From assembly GCA_964582455.1 (NCBI GenBank), contig CAZORD010000001.1, positions 9,693 through 73,692 of the forward strand: a stretch of 64,000 bases of DNA. Reading direction: 5' to 3'. Both the position numbers and the translations under genes were made by a program. Position 1 is the first letter of the stretch. Each line of letters begins with the position of its first letter. This document shows positions 1 to 8,710 of this stretch, one piece after another. The notes beneath the pieces are model-generated. The model did no database searches and had not been told where the DNA came from. It worked only from the letters and a program-made list of their open reading frames with translations. This DNA is from an uncultured bacterium (GTDB lineage Bacteria; Fidelibacterota; Marinisomatia; Marinisomatales; TCS55).

Positions 1-238
1 AATTTTCCGGCTCGAGAGACAGAGCTTTTTCCAGAAAAAATGTAGCTACAGTAGCATTCTTGCGGTTTGAACGCTTATTCCAGTTATCGTAGGCCTGCTC
101 CTTAATGTATTGTACATTTTCCTGGTAAGCGTCTTCTTGAGTATAAGGTACGGGTGTTTTGCAAGCCGTCAAGGTCAACGTAAAAAGTATTAAAAATTGT
201 GTAAATTGGTTGAGTGTTATTTTATAGACTTTGCACAT
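1..238 (-). CDS. Partial (runs off window) lipoprotein with TPR-like segment; possibly TRAP-T (TatT-like)
   Basis: Manual translation from ATG 238: MCKVYKITLNQFTQFLILFTLTLTAC-KTPVPY...FFLEKALSLEPEN. Lipobox LTAC; open to the window edge. Confidence 0.6.
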   Translation of the reverse strand, partial: MCKVYKITLNQFTQFLILFTLTLTACKTPVPYTQEDAYQENVQYIKEQAYDNWNKRSNRKNATVATFFLEKALSLEPEN

Positions 239-314
239 TCCAGCACGTATTTTTTACGGCACATAATCTCTGCCGGTTCTCATGGCAGAAAACTTAATAC
301 AGAATCCCTAAAGG

Positions 315-1256
315 ATGAAGAAGACTATTGCATTAAAAGGTATTGACCTGCAGACGCTTCTCGGCGTAGCCGATACCCATGTTCGGTTATTAAACGATAC
401 TTTTTCGACAGATATATTGGTGCGCGGGAATGAGATCAAACTTGACGGGCAAAAGAGTGATGTAGAATTGGTGCACGAAATCATCCATGAAATGATCCAA
501 ACCTTAACCCGCAAGGGTTCCTTAACGAAAAAAGATGTTCATCAACTGATCAAAGTGATTCAGTCAGATAATGGGCATGAAGAAGTTGTGCCGGATGATG
601 TCATTCATTATGGGAGTAAAGGCGCGATAATACCACGGACCTCTGGCCAAAAAAATTATGTAATGGTAGTTGACGGCAATGATATTGTTTTTTCTGTGGG
701 ACCTGCTGGAACTGGGAAAACGTACATTGCGGTGGCTTTTGCAATAGCAGCCCTGGAAAATCATGATGTGGATCGCATTATCCTTTGCCGCCCAGCCGTA
801 GAAGCAGGGGAAAGCCTAGGGTTTCTGCCGGGCGATCTGAAGGAAAAAGTGGATCCATACTTGACTCCACTTTATGATGCCTTGAAAGAAATGATGCCGG
901 GAAACAAGCTAAAACCATTATTGAACAAAAATATTATTGAAATAATCCCTTTGGCTTATATGCGGGGGAGAACACTCAATAATGCATTTCTTATTTTGGA
1001 TGAGGCACAAAATTCCACACCGCTGCAAATGAAAATGTTCCTGACCCGCTTGGGGGTGAATTCCAAAGCGATTATAACAGGAGATATTACACAAATTGAT
1101 TTACCCAGGCGTTCTGATTCTGGATTGATAGACGTTTTGAAAGTCTTAAAAGGTGTGGATGGCATCGGCTTTGCCCAACTGAATGAAAATGATGTCGTGC
1201 GCCACAAGTTGGTAAGGGATATCATCAAGGCCTACGACAAGGCGAATGGCAAATAA
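315..1256 (+). CDS. phoH: PhoH family ATPase
   Basis: GPAGTGKT Walker A, RPAVEAGESLGFLPG, YMRGRT, LDEAQN, GDITQIDL. Confidence 0.95.
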   Translation: MKKTIALKGIDLQTLLGVADTHVRLLNDTFSTDILVRGNEIKLDGQKSDVELVHEIIHEMIQTLTRKGSLTKKDVHQLIKVIQSDNGHEEVVPDDVIHYGSKGAIIPRTSGQKNYVMVVDGNDIVFSVGPAGTGKTYIAVAFAIAALENHDVDRIILCRPAVEAGESLGFLPGDLKEKVDPYLTPLYDALKEMMPGNKLKPLLNKNIIEIIPLAYMRGRTLNNAFLILDEAQNSTPLQMKMFLTRLGVNSKAIITGDITQIDLPRRSDSGLIDVLKVLKGVDGIGFAQLNENDVVRHKLVRDIIKAYDKANGK

Positions 1257-1526
1257 CCCCTAAATTTATTTAGGTGTAATTTAAATAGAAAATAATGATC
1301 GATGTTTATCATCTAAAATTTCATGTTTACCCTGCATAAACAATACTAACTTCCGGCGCAATTTTTTGATAGAAATTGCGCAAGACGGAAACAGGCAAAA
1401 ATACTAATCAATCGATGTTTTTTTACATATATCAGGGCCGCCGAGGGCCGCTGTGTTCGAAACGAGTAGAGGTTGATCATTTTCACAACCCTCTCAAACC
1501 TCTATATTCAAAAATAAGGTATTAAA

Positions 1527-2711
1527 ATGAATACAATTAATGTTGTAATCATTGCGGCTAAACGCACACCTGTGGGAGCATTTCAAGGCAGTTTATCATC
1601 TGTTTCTGCCCCGCAATTGGGAGCAACTGTTATCAAGTCTCTTTTTGACGAAACAGCTATAGATGTCAACGAAGTGGATGAAGTGATTATGGGAAATGTT
1701 CTATCTGCAGGATTAGGCCAGGCACCGGCGCGACAGGCAGCGTTATATGCCGGCTTGCCAAACAGCGTTGAATGCCTGACCATCAATAAAATGTGCGGTT
1801 CTGGTTTGAAGGCCGTTATACTGGGGGCACAGGCTATACAAAGCAGCGATGCGGAAGTGGTCATAGCCGGCGGCATGGAAAATATGTCTTCCGCTCCCTA
1901 TCTTTTACCCAAAGGTCGGTCTGGTTATCGTTTAGGTCATGGAAAAATTGAAGATAGTGTGATCAAGGATGGACTCTGGGATGTGTATACTGATCAACAT
2001 ATGGGCAACTGTGCGGAGATTTGTGCACGTGGAAAAAACTATAGCCGTGAACAACAGGATGAATTAGCCAAAGAATCATATACTCGTGCGCAGAATGCTC
2101 AAGAAAATGGTTCATTTGATTTGGAGATCGTTTCTGTTGAAGTTCCTCAACGTAAAGGAAATTCGATTCAGGTAAGCGTGGATGAAGAACCGGGAAGAGC
2201 CAATTTTAATAAAATGCCTAACTTACGTCCAGCATTTGATAAAGACGGTACTATCACTGCTGCCAATGCTTCCAAGATCAATGATGGGGCGGCAGCTGTA
2301 TTAATAATGTCAGCAGCAAAAGCGGAAGAACTTGGGCTAGAACCAAAAGTAAGAATTGTTGCCCAGGCATCTGCAGCCCATGAACCGGAGTGGTTTACGA
2401 CTGCGCCTGTTAAAGCAATCCAATATGTATTAGCTAAAGCAGGAATGAAAACTGATGAAATTGATTTATGGGAAATCAATGAAGCATTTGCTCCAGTGGC
2501 GCAAGCAGCAATGGATGAATTTGATCTGGATAGCTCAAAAGTAAATGTGCATGGTGGCGCCATCGCTTTAGGCCATCCCATTGGTGCCAGCGGTGCGCGC
2601 ATCTTAACTACATTGATTCACGCCATGGAAAAAAATAACGCCAAAACAGGTTTAGCCACGCTATGCATTGGCGGTGGTGAAGCATCAGCATTAATTGTGG
2701 AAAAGGTTTAA
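1527..2711 (+). CDS. Acetyl-CoA C-acyltransferase (thiolase)
   Basis: INKMCGSGL, NEAFA, GHPIGASG, CIGGG motifs. Confidence 0.95.
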   Translation: MNTINVVIIAAKRTPVGAFQGSLSSVSAPQLGATVIKSLFDETAIDVNEVDEVIMGNVLSAGLGQAPARQAALYAGLPNSVECLTINKMCGSGLKAVILGAQAIQSSDAEVVIAGGMENMSSAPYLLPKGRSGYRLGHGKIEDSVIKDGLWDVYTDQHMGNCAEICARGKNYSREQQDELAKESYTRAQNAQENGSFDLEIVSVEVPQRKGNSIQVSVDEEPGRANFNKMPNLRPAFDKDGTITAANASKINDGAAAVLIMSAAKAEELGLEPKVRIVAQASAAHEPEWFTTAPVKAIQYVLAKAGMKTDEIDLWEINEAFAPVAQAAMDEFDLDSSKVNVHGGAIALGHPIGASGARILTTLIHAMEKNNAKTGLATLCIGGGEASALIVEKV

Positions 2712-3853
2712 TGGATTTTTCGTACACAGAAGAGCAGCAGCTTATTCAAAAAACTGCTCGTGATTTTGCGCAAGAACATTTAGCTCCCGGCGTAATCGAA
2801 CGGGATGAAAAGGCAGAATTTCCCAAAGAACAATTAAAATTACTGGGTGAGTTAGGCTTTATGGGTATGATGGTCCCGGAAAAGTGGGATGGAGCCGGTT
2901 TTGATACCATCAGCTATTGCATTGCCATGGAAGAGATCTGTGCTGTAGATGCCTCCATGGGTGTGATTATGTCTGTAAATAATTCTTTAGTGTGTCAATT
3001 ATTGTATAAATATGCCAATGATGAACAACGGGAAAAATATCTTAAAAAACTGGCCAATGGTGAATGGCTGGGTGCCTTCTCATTAAGTGAACCGCAATCG
3101 GGATCCGATGCCAGCAATATGCTTACTTTTGCAAAAAAAGATGGAAATAACTATGTTATTAATGGAACAAAAAATTGGGTCAGTAATGGTATCAATTGTG
3201 ATGTGGCTATTGTTTTTTTGATGACAGAAAAAGGCGTTGGGCATAAAGGGATTTCTACGTTCATAGTTGAAATAGGAACTGCTGGTTTTTCCCATGGCAA
3301 GAAAGAAGATAAATTGGGTATTCGCGGATCCGATACATGTGAGTTGTATTTTGAGGATTGTAAAGTTCCAGCTGATAATCTAATTGGTGAAGAAGGGAAA
3401 GGATTAAAAATAGCTCTTGGTACTCTTGATGGCGGGCGCATAGGGATAGCCAGCCAGGCATTAGGGATTGCCAGGGCAGCCCTAGACCGATCAGTGGAAT
3501 ATGCAAACGAAAGAAAGCAGTTTGGAAAAACAATCGGTTCATTTGGTGCCATCCAAGATAAGATAGCAACCATGGCAACCAATGTGGATGCATCCAGATT
3601 GCTGATCCATCGTGCTGCAAAATTGAAAGATGAAGATCAACCATACAGCAAAGAAGCGGCCATGGCAAAAGTGTTTGCTTCACAAACAGCAATGGATAAT
3701 GCCACACAATGTGTTCAAATTTTTGGAGGTTATGGTTATATGCAGGAATATGGTGTAGAACGATTAATGCGTGATGCCAAAATCACGCAAATTTATGAAG
3801 GGACATCTGAAATTCAGCAATTAGTAATCGCACGAGCAATTTTAGGAGATTAA
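2711..3853 (+). CDS. Short/branched-chain acyl-CoA dehydrogenase
   Basis: LSEPQSGSDA, GRIGIASQ, FGGYGY, IYEGTSEIQ. Confidence 0.95.
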   Translation: MDFSYTEEQQLIQKTARDFAQEHLAPGVIERDEKAEFPKEQLKLLGELGFMGMMVPEKWDGAGFDTISYCIAMEEICAVDASMGVIMSVNNSLVCQLLYKYANDEQREKYLKKLANGEWLGAFSLSEPQSGSDASNMLTFAKKDGNNYVINGTKNWVSNGINCDVAIVFLMTEKGVGHKGISTFIVEIGTAGFSHGKKEDKLGIRGSDTCELYFEDCKVPADNLIGEEGKGLKIALGTLDGGRIGIASQALGIARAALDRSVEYANERKQFGKTIGSFGAIQDKIATMATNVDASRLLIHRAAKLKDEDQPYSKEAAMAKVFASQTAMDNATQCVQIFGGYGYMQEYGVERLMRDAKITQIYEGTSEIQQLVIARAILGD

Positions 3854-3855
3854 AG

Positions 3856-4884
3856 ATGGGAATTGATCCAAAGACAATTGATTGGAACAGCCTGGGTTTT
3901 AATGCCCTGGAAACCAGGAGTATGTACAAAGCAGCATGCAAAACGGGAGAACGTTGGAGCGAGGGAAAACTGGTCTCTTATGGAACTATTGCCCTTTCTC
4001 CAGCTTCAGGAGTACTCAATTACGGCCAGGGTGTTTTTGAAGGCACAAAGGCCTTTCGCACAGCAAAAGACCGCATTGTATTATTCAGGCCGGAAATGAA
4101 TGCACAGCGGATGGCAATGTCAACCAAACGGCTTTGTATTCCAATAATGAATGAAGATTTTTTTATTGATGCAGTTGAACAGACTGTCCAGGATAATATT
4201 GATTATATACCACCTTACGGTAAAGGAAGCCTTTATATACGGCCAATCGTATGGGGGACATCCCCAGCCCTTGGTGTCCGGCCGACTGAAGAATATACTT
4301 TTATTGTCTTTGTCTCACCTGTTGGCCCCTATTTTAGAGGTGGAGTTAAACCACTCCATTTAAAAGTTTCCGCTGAATATCACCGGGCCGCCCCAAAAGG
4401 TATCGGAAACGCCAAGGCCATCGGAAATTATTCAGCATCCTTGTTTCCGCTAACAGAAGCAAAAAAAGAAGGCTATGATGAAGTCATTTATTTAAATGCC
4501 AGTGATGAACACCTGATTGAAGAACTTGGTTCTGCTAATCTCTTCGTATTGCATGGCAGTGAATTAAAAACACCACAACTTTGCAGCTCCATATTACCGG
4601 GCGTTACTCGAGACTCTGTTCTGACGTTAGCCAGAGAGATTTTGAAAATAGAAGTACAGGAAACGGATGTAACACTAGATGAAGTATTAGCGGCTGATGA
4701 AGTGTTTTGTACCGGTACTGCAGTTGTCGTAACTCCCGTAGGGAAAATTACCAGTGGAGGTCGTGAGCACATCATCAATGATGGCGAAATGGGTAAAATA
4801 ACAAATGAATTAAGAACATTGCTTTTAGGAATCCAAAAGGAAGAATGTGAAGATACATTTAATTGGTTGTACCCAATTGACTGA
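3856..4884 (+). CDS. ilvE: Branched-chain amino acid aminotransferase
   Basis: YGQGVFEG, LYIRP, AKAIGNY, ILPGVTR, TGTAVVV. Confidence 0.92.
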   Translation: MGIDPKTIDWNSLGFNALETRSMYKAACKTGERWSEGKLVSYGTIALSPASGVLNYGQGVFEGTKAFRTAKDRIVLFRPEMNAQRMAMSTKRLCIPIMNEDFFIDAVEQTVQDNIDYIPPYGKGSLYIRPIVWGTSPALGVRPTEEYTFIVFVSPVGPYFRGGVKPLHLKVSAEYHRAAPKGIGNAKAIGNYSASLFPLTEAKKEGYDEVIYLNASDEHLIEELGSANLFVLHGSELKTPQLCSSILPGVTRDSVLTLAREILKIEVQETDVTLDEVLAADEVFCTGTAVVVTPVGKITSGGREHIINDGEMGKITNELRTLLLGIQKEECEDTFNWLYPID

Positions 4885-4917
4885 TCATAATACCATGAAC
4901 AAACGGGATAATTAAAC

Positions 4918-5376
4918 ATGCCTGCTAAAGATAAAATAAAAATACATCCCAGGCGCAAAGCCAGAATTGGTGTTCTCTGTGCATTATATGCAGCAGCTCA
5001 AGTCAGTGAAGATTCAGGCAAAATTCTAAAGGATGTTTACAGGCGAGAAAAATTTACTAATAGCAATAAAGATTTTATACGTTCTTTATTTATGGAAACC
5101 TTATCCCAGGCAGATGCGTGTGACAAATTAATAGATGAATACCTTGAAAATTGGGAATTCAACCGCATTGCATTATTGGATAAACTGATATTGCGCATGG
5201 CGATTACAGAAATGGTATTTATCGAAGAGGTACCACCTAAAGTTGCTATTAGTGAAGCGATTGAAATTGCTAAAGAATACAGCACAGCTGAAAGTTCCAG
5301 TTTTGTAAATGGTATTCTGGACACAGTGTATAAACAATCAAAATCGAAGCAACACAAAAAGGCGAAAGCCAGTTAA
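4918..5376 (+). CDS. nusB: Transcription antitermination factor NusB
   Basis: RRKAR, DKLILRMA, AISEAIEIAKEY, FVNGILD. Confidence 0.93.
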   Translation: MPAKDKIKIHPRRKARIGVLCALYAAAQVSEDSGKILKDVYRREKFTNSNKDFIRSLFMETLSQADACDKLIDEYLENWEFNRIALLDKLILRMAITEMVFIEEVPPKVAISEAIEIAKEYSTAESSSFVNGILDTVYKQSKSKQHKKAKAS

Positions 5377-5381
5377 TCAAG

Positions 5382-8300
5382 ATGAATATCTTAAAAAAGA
5401 TTTTAGGGACAAAATCCGATAGGGATGTAAAAAATTTGCAACCACAAGTGGATGAAATAAATATTTTTTATGAAACACTCAGTGGAAAATCAGATGATGA
5501 TTTGCAAGCACGAACCGCAGAGATGCGTAATGAGATTATTACTTCCCGAGAAACTGCGCAGGAAAAAGCAGAAACAAAGGACCTGGAAAAAGAGGAGTTC
5601 AGCAAAGTTGTTCTTGAAGCAGAAAGTACAAAATTGGATGAATTGCTCCCTGAAGCCTTTGCCATAGTAAAAGAAACATGCAGTCGTCTTGTGGGTCAAT
5701 CCTGGCGAATCGTTGGCCAGGAGATCACGTGGGAAATGATTCCGTACGATGTACAGTTGATTGGCGCTATCGCATTGCACAAAGGCAGAGTGGCTGAAAT
5801 GAAAACGGGTGAAGGAAAAACATTAGCGGCCACAATGCCGCTGTATTTAAATGCCTTATCAGGGCGGGGTGTTCACTTAATTACAGTAAACGATTACCTT
5901 GCCCAGCGTGATGCTGAATGGATGGGCGAAATCTATAAACGCCTTGGCTTAACTGTCGGGTTTATCCTGAACTCCATGGATAATGAAGCCCGCCAGGCAG
6001 CGTATAATTGTGACATTACCTACGGAACCAATAATGAGTTTGGTTTTGACTATCTCCGTGATAATATGGCTTTATCGGCAGCAGAGAAAGTTCAACGTGA
6101 TTATGCTTATGCAATCGTAGATGAAGTAGATAGTGTGCTGATCGATGAGGCCAGAACACCTTTGATCATTTCCGGAGCTGTTGATGCTCCAACCGATACA
6201 ACATCACGAGACCTTAGGCCATTAGTCCAAAACCTGGTTCGTCAGCAACAAACTCTAGTATCTGATCTAGTTAGAAGCGCGGAGCAACTTCTTGATGAAG
6301 ATAAAGAAGATGATGCAGGATTAAAACTCCTGCAGGCATCACGCGGCATACCAAAGCATAAACGGTTATTGAAAGTATTCCAGGAAAAAGGTATGCAGTC
6401 GTTAACCCAATCCATTGAATCTGGTTTCATGCGTGATAAAAAGATGCATGAAGTTGATGAAGAATTGTATTTCAGCATTGAAGAAAAAACTCATGTCATT
6501 GACATAACAGATAAAGGTCGGGAAGCACTTGCGCCTGATAATCCTGAAATGTTCGTCATTCCTGATTTAGGAGAATTATTGCACGATATAGATGAAAAAG
6601 ATGCTTTAGATACTGTACAAAAACAGCAGGAAAAAGAACAAGCGCATCAATTGCATGCCGATCGCAGTTCTAAAATTCATACCATCACGCAATTACTGCG
6701 GGCTTTCACACTATATGAGAAAAATGTTGAGTATGTTGTCCAAGAAGGGCAAGTCTTGATTGTTGATGAATTTACCGGACGAATTCTTCCAGGCCGCCGT
6801 TATAGCGATGGTTTACACCAAGCCATTGAAGCCAAAGAAAATGTTGAGATTAAACGGGAAACCCAAACATTGGCTACTATCACGATTCAAAATTATTTCC
6901 GTATGTATGATAAATTATCCGGGATGACTGGCACTGCTGAAACTGAAGCTGAAGAATTAGGCAGTATTTATAATTTGGATGTCATGGTTGTGCCTACAAA
7001 TGATAATGTGATCCGTGATGATAGAGATGATTTGGTATATAAAACAAAGCGAGAAAAGTATAATGCAGTCATTGATGAAATTGCAGAAGCTCATCATAAA
7101 GGTCAACCAATACTAGTAGGTACAATATCAGTGGAAGCATCAGAATTACTATCCAGAATGCTTAAGCGCCGCGGCATACCCCATAATGTTTTGAATGCTA
7201 AACAACATAAAAGTGAAGCTGAAATTGTGACCAGGGCAGGACAACCGGGAGCAGTCACGATTGCCACAAATATGGCTGGTCGCGGTACAGACATCAAATT
7301 GGGACAAGGTGTTACAGATTTGGGAGGACTGCACATTCTGGGAACAGAACGCCATGAATCCCGCCGGATTGATGATCAGCTGAGGGGCCGTTCCGGAAGA
7401 CAGGGAGATCCAGGTTCATCACAATTTTATTTATCCCTGGAAGATGATTTGATGCGCTTGTTTAATTCTGAACGCGTAGCGACAATCATGGATAAGATGG
7501 GTGTGGAAGAGGGAGAAGTTATCACCCATAAAATGGTAACTCGTGCTATTAGTAATGCACAAAAGAAAGTGGAGCAGCGCAACTTTGGAATCCGCAAACA
7601 TTTGCTTGAATATGACGATGTCATGAACCAGCAGCGCCAAGTCGTTTATGACTTACGAAACCAGGCACTTCAAGGAGAAAACCTGCGAGAAACAGTATTA
7701 AATCTGATTTCAGATTATATTGATGATGAATTTGAAGCACAAGGTACTGAAGATCAAAGAGACTGGGATTGGGAAAATTTGAAGCATATTTTTTCTTCGG
7801 TATTAATGGTTGATGTGAACATTGATGAACTGCATTCGGAAAATGGGAATGAATTGACTGTAGATGAAATTCACCTACGTATCATGGATGAAGCAGTGGC
7901 CATGTATCAAGCTAGGGAAACACTCATTCCAGAAGATATTATGCGTAGTTTTGAACGGTTTGTAATATTACGTTCGATTGACGAAAGATGGAAAGATCAC
8001 CTCTATGCTATGGATCAGTTAAGAGAAGGTATAAATCTTCGAGCGTATGGTCAGAAAAATCCATTACTGGAGTACAAATCCGAAGGGTTCCAAATGTTTA
8101 GAGAAATGATTTCATCTACAAATAAAATGACATTACAGCGATTATTTAGAACACAATTACAAGGTGTGGAACAACAACCCCAAGTTCAACAACAATCACC
8201 CAAGAATGTACAACTCCAGCATCAAGATACAACGGGTATGGGAATGACTGCCCAGCCACAGGAAGCTCAACAGCCTAATAGACCTCAACAGGCTTCAAGA

Positions 8301-8435
8301 GCGCCAATAAATGCTGATAAAAAGATCGGGCGCAATGAAAAGATCAAAATGATCAGCCCCAAAGGTGAAGAAATAGAAATTAAATTCAAAAAACTGCAAG
8401 ACTTTCTAAATAAGGGGTATACTCAAGCTGTATGA
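5382..8435 (+). CDS. secA: Preprotein translocase ATPase SecA
   Basis: MKTGEGKT, VDEVDSVLIDEARTPLIISG, ATNMAGRGTDI, QLRGRSGRQGDPG. Confidence 0.98.
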   Translation: MNILKKILGTKSDRDVKNLQPQVDEINIFYETLSGKSDDDLQARTAEMRNEIITSRETAQEKAETKDLEKEEFSKVVLEAESTKLDELLPEAFAIVKETCSRLVGQSWRIVGQEITWEMIPYDVQLIGAIALHKGRVAEMKTGEGKTLAATMPLYLNALSGRGVHLITVNDYLAQRDAEWMGEIYKRLGLTVGFILNSMDNEARQAAYNCDITYGTNNEFGFDYLRDNMALSAAEKVQRDYAYAIVDEVDSVLIDEARTPLIISGAVDAPTDTTSRDLRPLVQNLVRQQQTLVSDLVRSAEQLLDEDKEDDAGLKLLQASRGIPKHKRLLKVFQEKGMQSLTQSIESGFMRDKKMHEVDEELYFSIEEKTHVIDITDKGREALAPDNPEMFVIPDLGELLHDIDEKDALDTVQKQQEKEQAHQLHADRSSKIHTITQLLRAFTLYEKNVEYVVQEGQVLIVDEFTGRILPGRRYSDGLHQAIEAKENVEIKRETQTLATITIQNYFRMYDKLSGMTGTAETEAEELGSIYNLDVMVVPTNDNVIRDDRDDLVYKTKREKYNAVIDEIAEAHHKGQPILVGTISVEASELLSRMLKRRGIPHNVLNAKQHKSEAEIVTRAGQPGAVTIATNMAGRGTDIKLGQGVTDLGGLHILGTERHESRRIDDQLRGRSGRQGDPGSSQFYLSLEDDLMRLFNSERVATIMDKMGVEEGEVITHKMVTRAISNAQKKVEQRNFGIRKHLLEYDDVMNQQRQVVYDLRNQALQGENLRETVLNLISDYIDDEFEAQGTEDQRDWDWENLKHIFSSVLMVDVNIDELHSENGNELTVDEIHLRIMDEAVAMYQARETLIPEDIMRSFERFVILRSIDERWKDHLYAMDQLREGINLRAYGQKNPLLEYKSEGFQMFREMISSTNKMTLQRLFRTQLQGVEQQPQVQQQSPKNVQLQHQDTTGMGMTAQPQEAQQPNRPQQASRAPINADKKIGRNEKIKMISPKGEEIEIKFKKLQDFLNKGYTQAV

Positions 8436-8548
8436 ACAACATATTAATTATTAAAATGGCTATGAGTATTACCGAGGGACTCATCCGTTTATCAATTGGT
8501 ATCGAGGATTTCAGCAACATGAAAGATGATATAATTAGGGCATTGTGA
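8432..8548 (+). pseudogene. 38-codon remnant of the C-terminus of a Cys/Met-metabolism PLP enzyme (cystathionine gamma-lyase/synthase family)
   Basis: Manual translation MNNILIIKMAMSITEGLIRLSIGIEDFSNMKDDIIRAL* matches the family C-terminal pattern GITxGLIRLSVGIEDxxDLxxDLxxAL. Confidence 0.65.
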
Positions 8549-8710
8549 CCTGCGTCAAATTATGGAAAAATTTGCTGGAAAATCCTTTTGAATTGGTTAC
8601 TTTCACGAACTTGTGTTTAGAGAGAATATCATTGTAAATATGATGTTAAACTACAAAATGACACTAATAAACTTTACATCTTACCGCTTTATTTAAATCG
8701 GAGAAAATCT

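Noticed and set aside
269-289. tctgcc...ggcaga hairpin upstream of phoH
   Set aside because: Only a 6-bp stem, too weak to call.
1425-1500. Resemblance to a SAM-I/IV riboswitch or T-box (ATCAG...GAGGG...CAACC)
   Set aside because: The core GGTGC/GCAACC pairing and T-box consensus are missing; kept only as an unknown structured leader.
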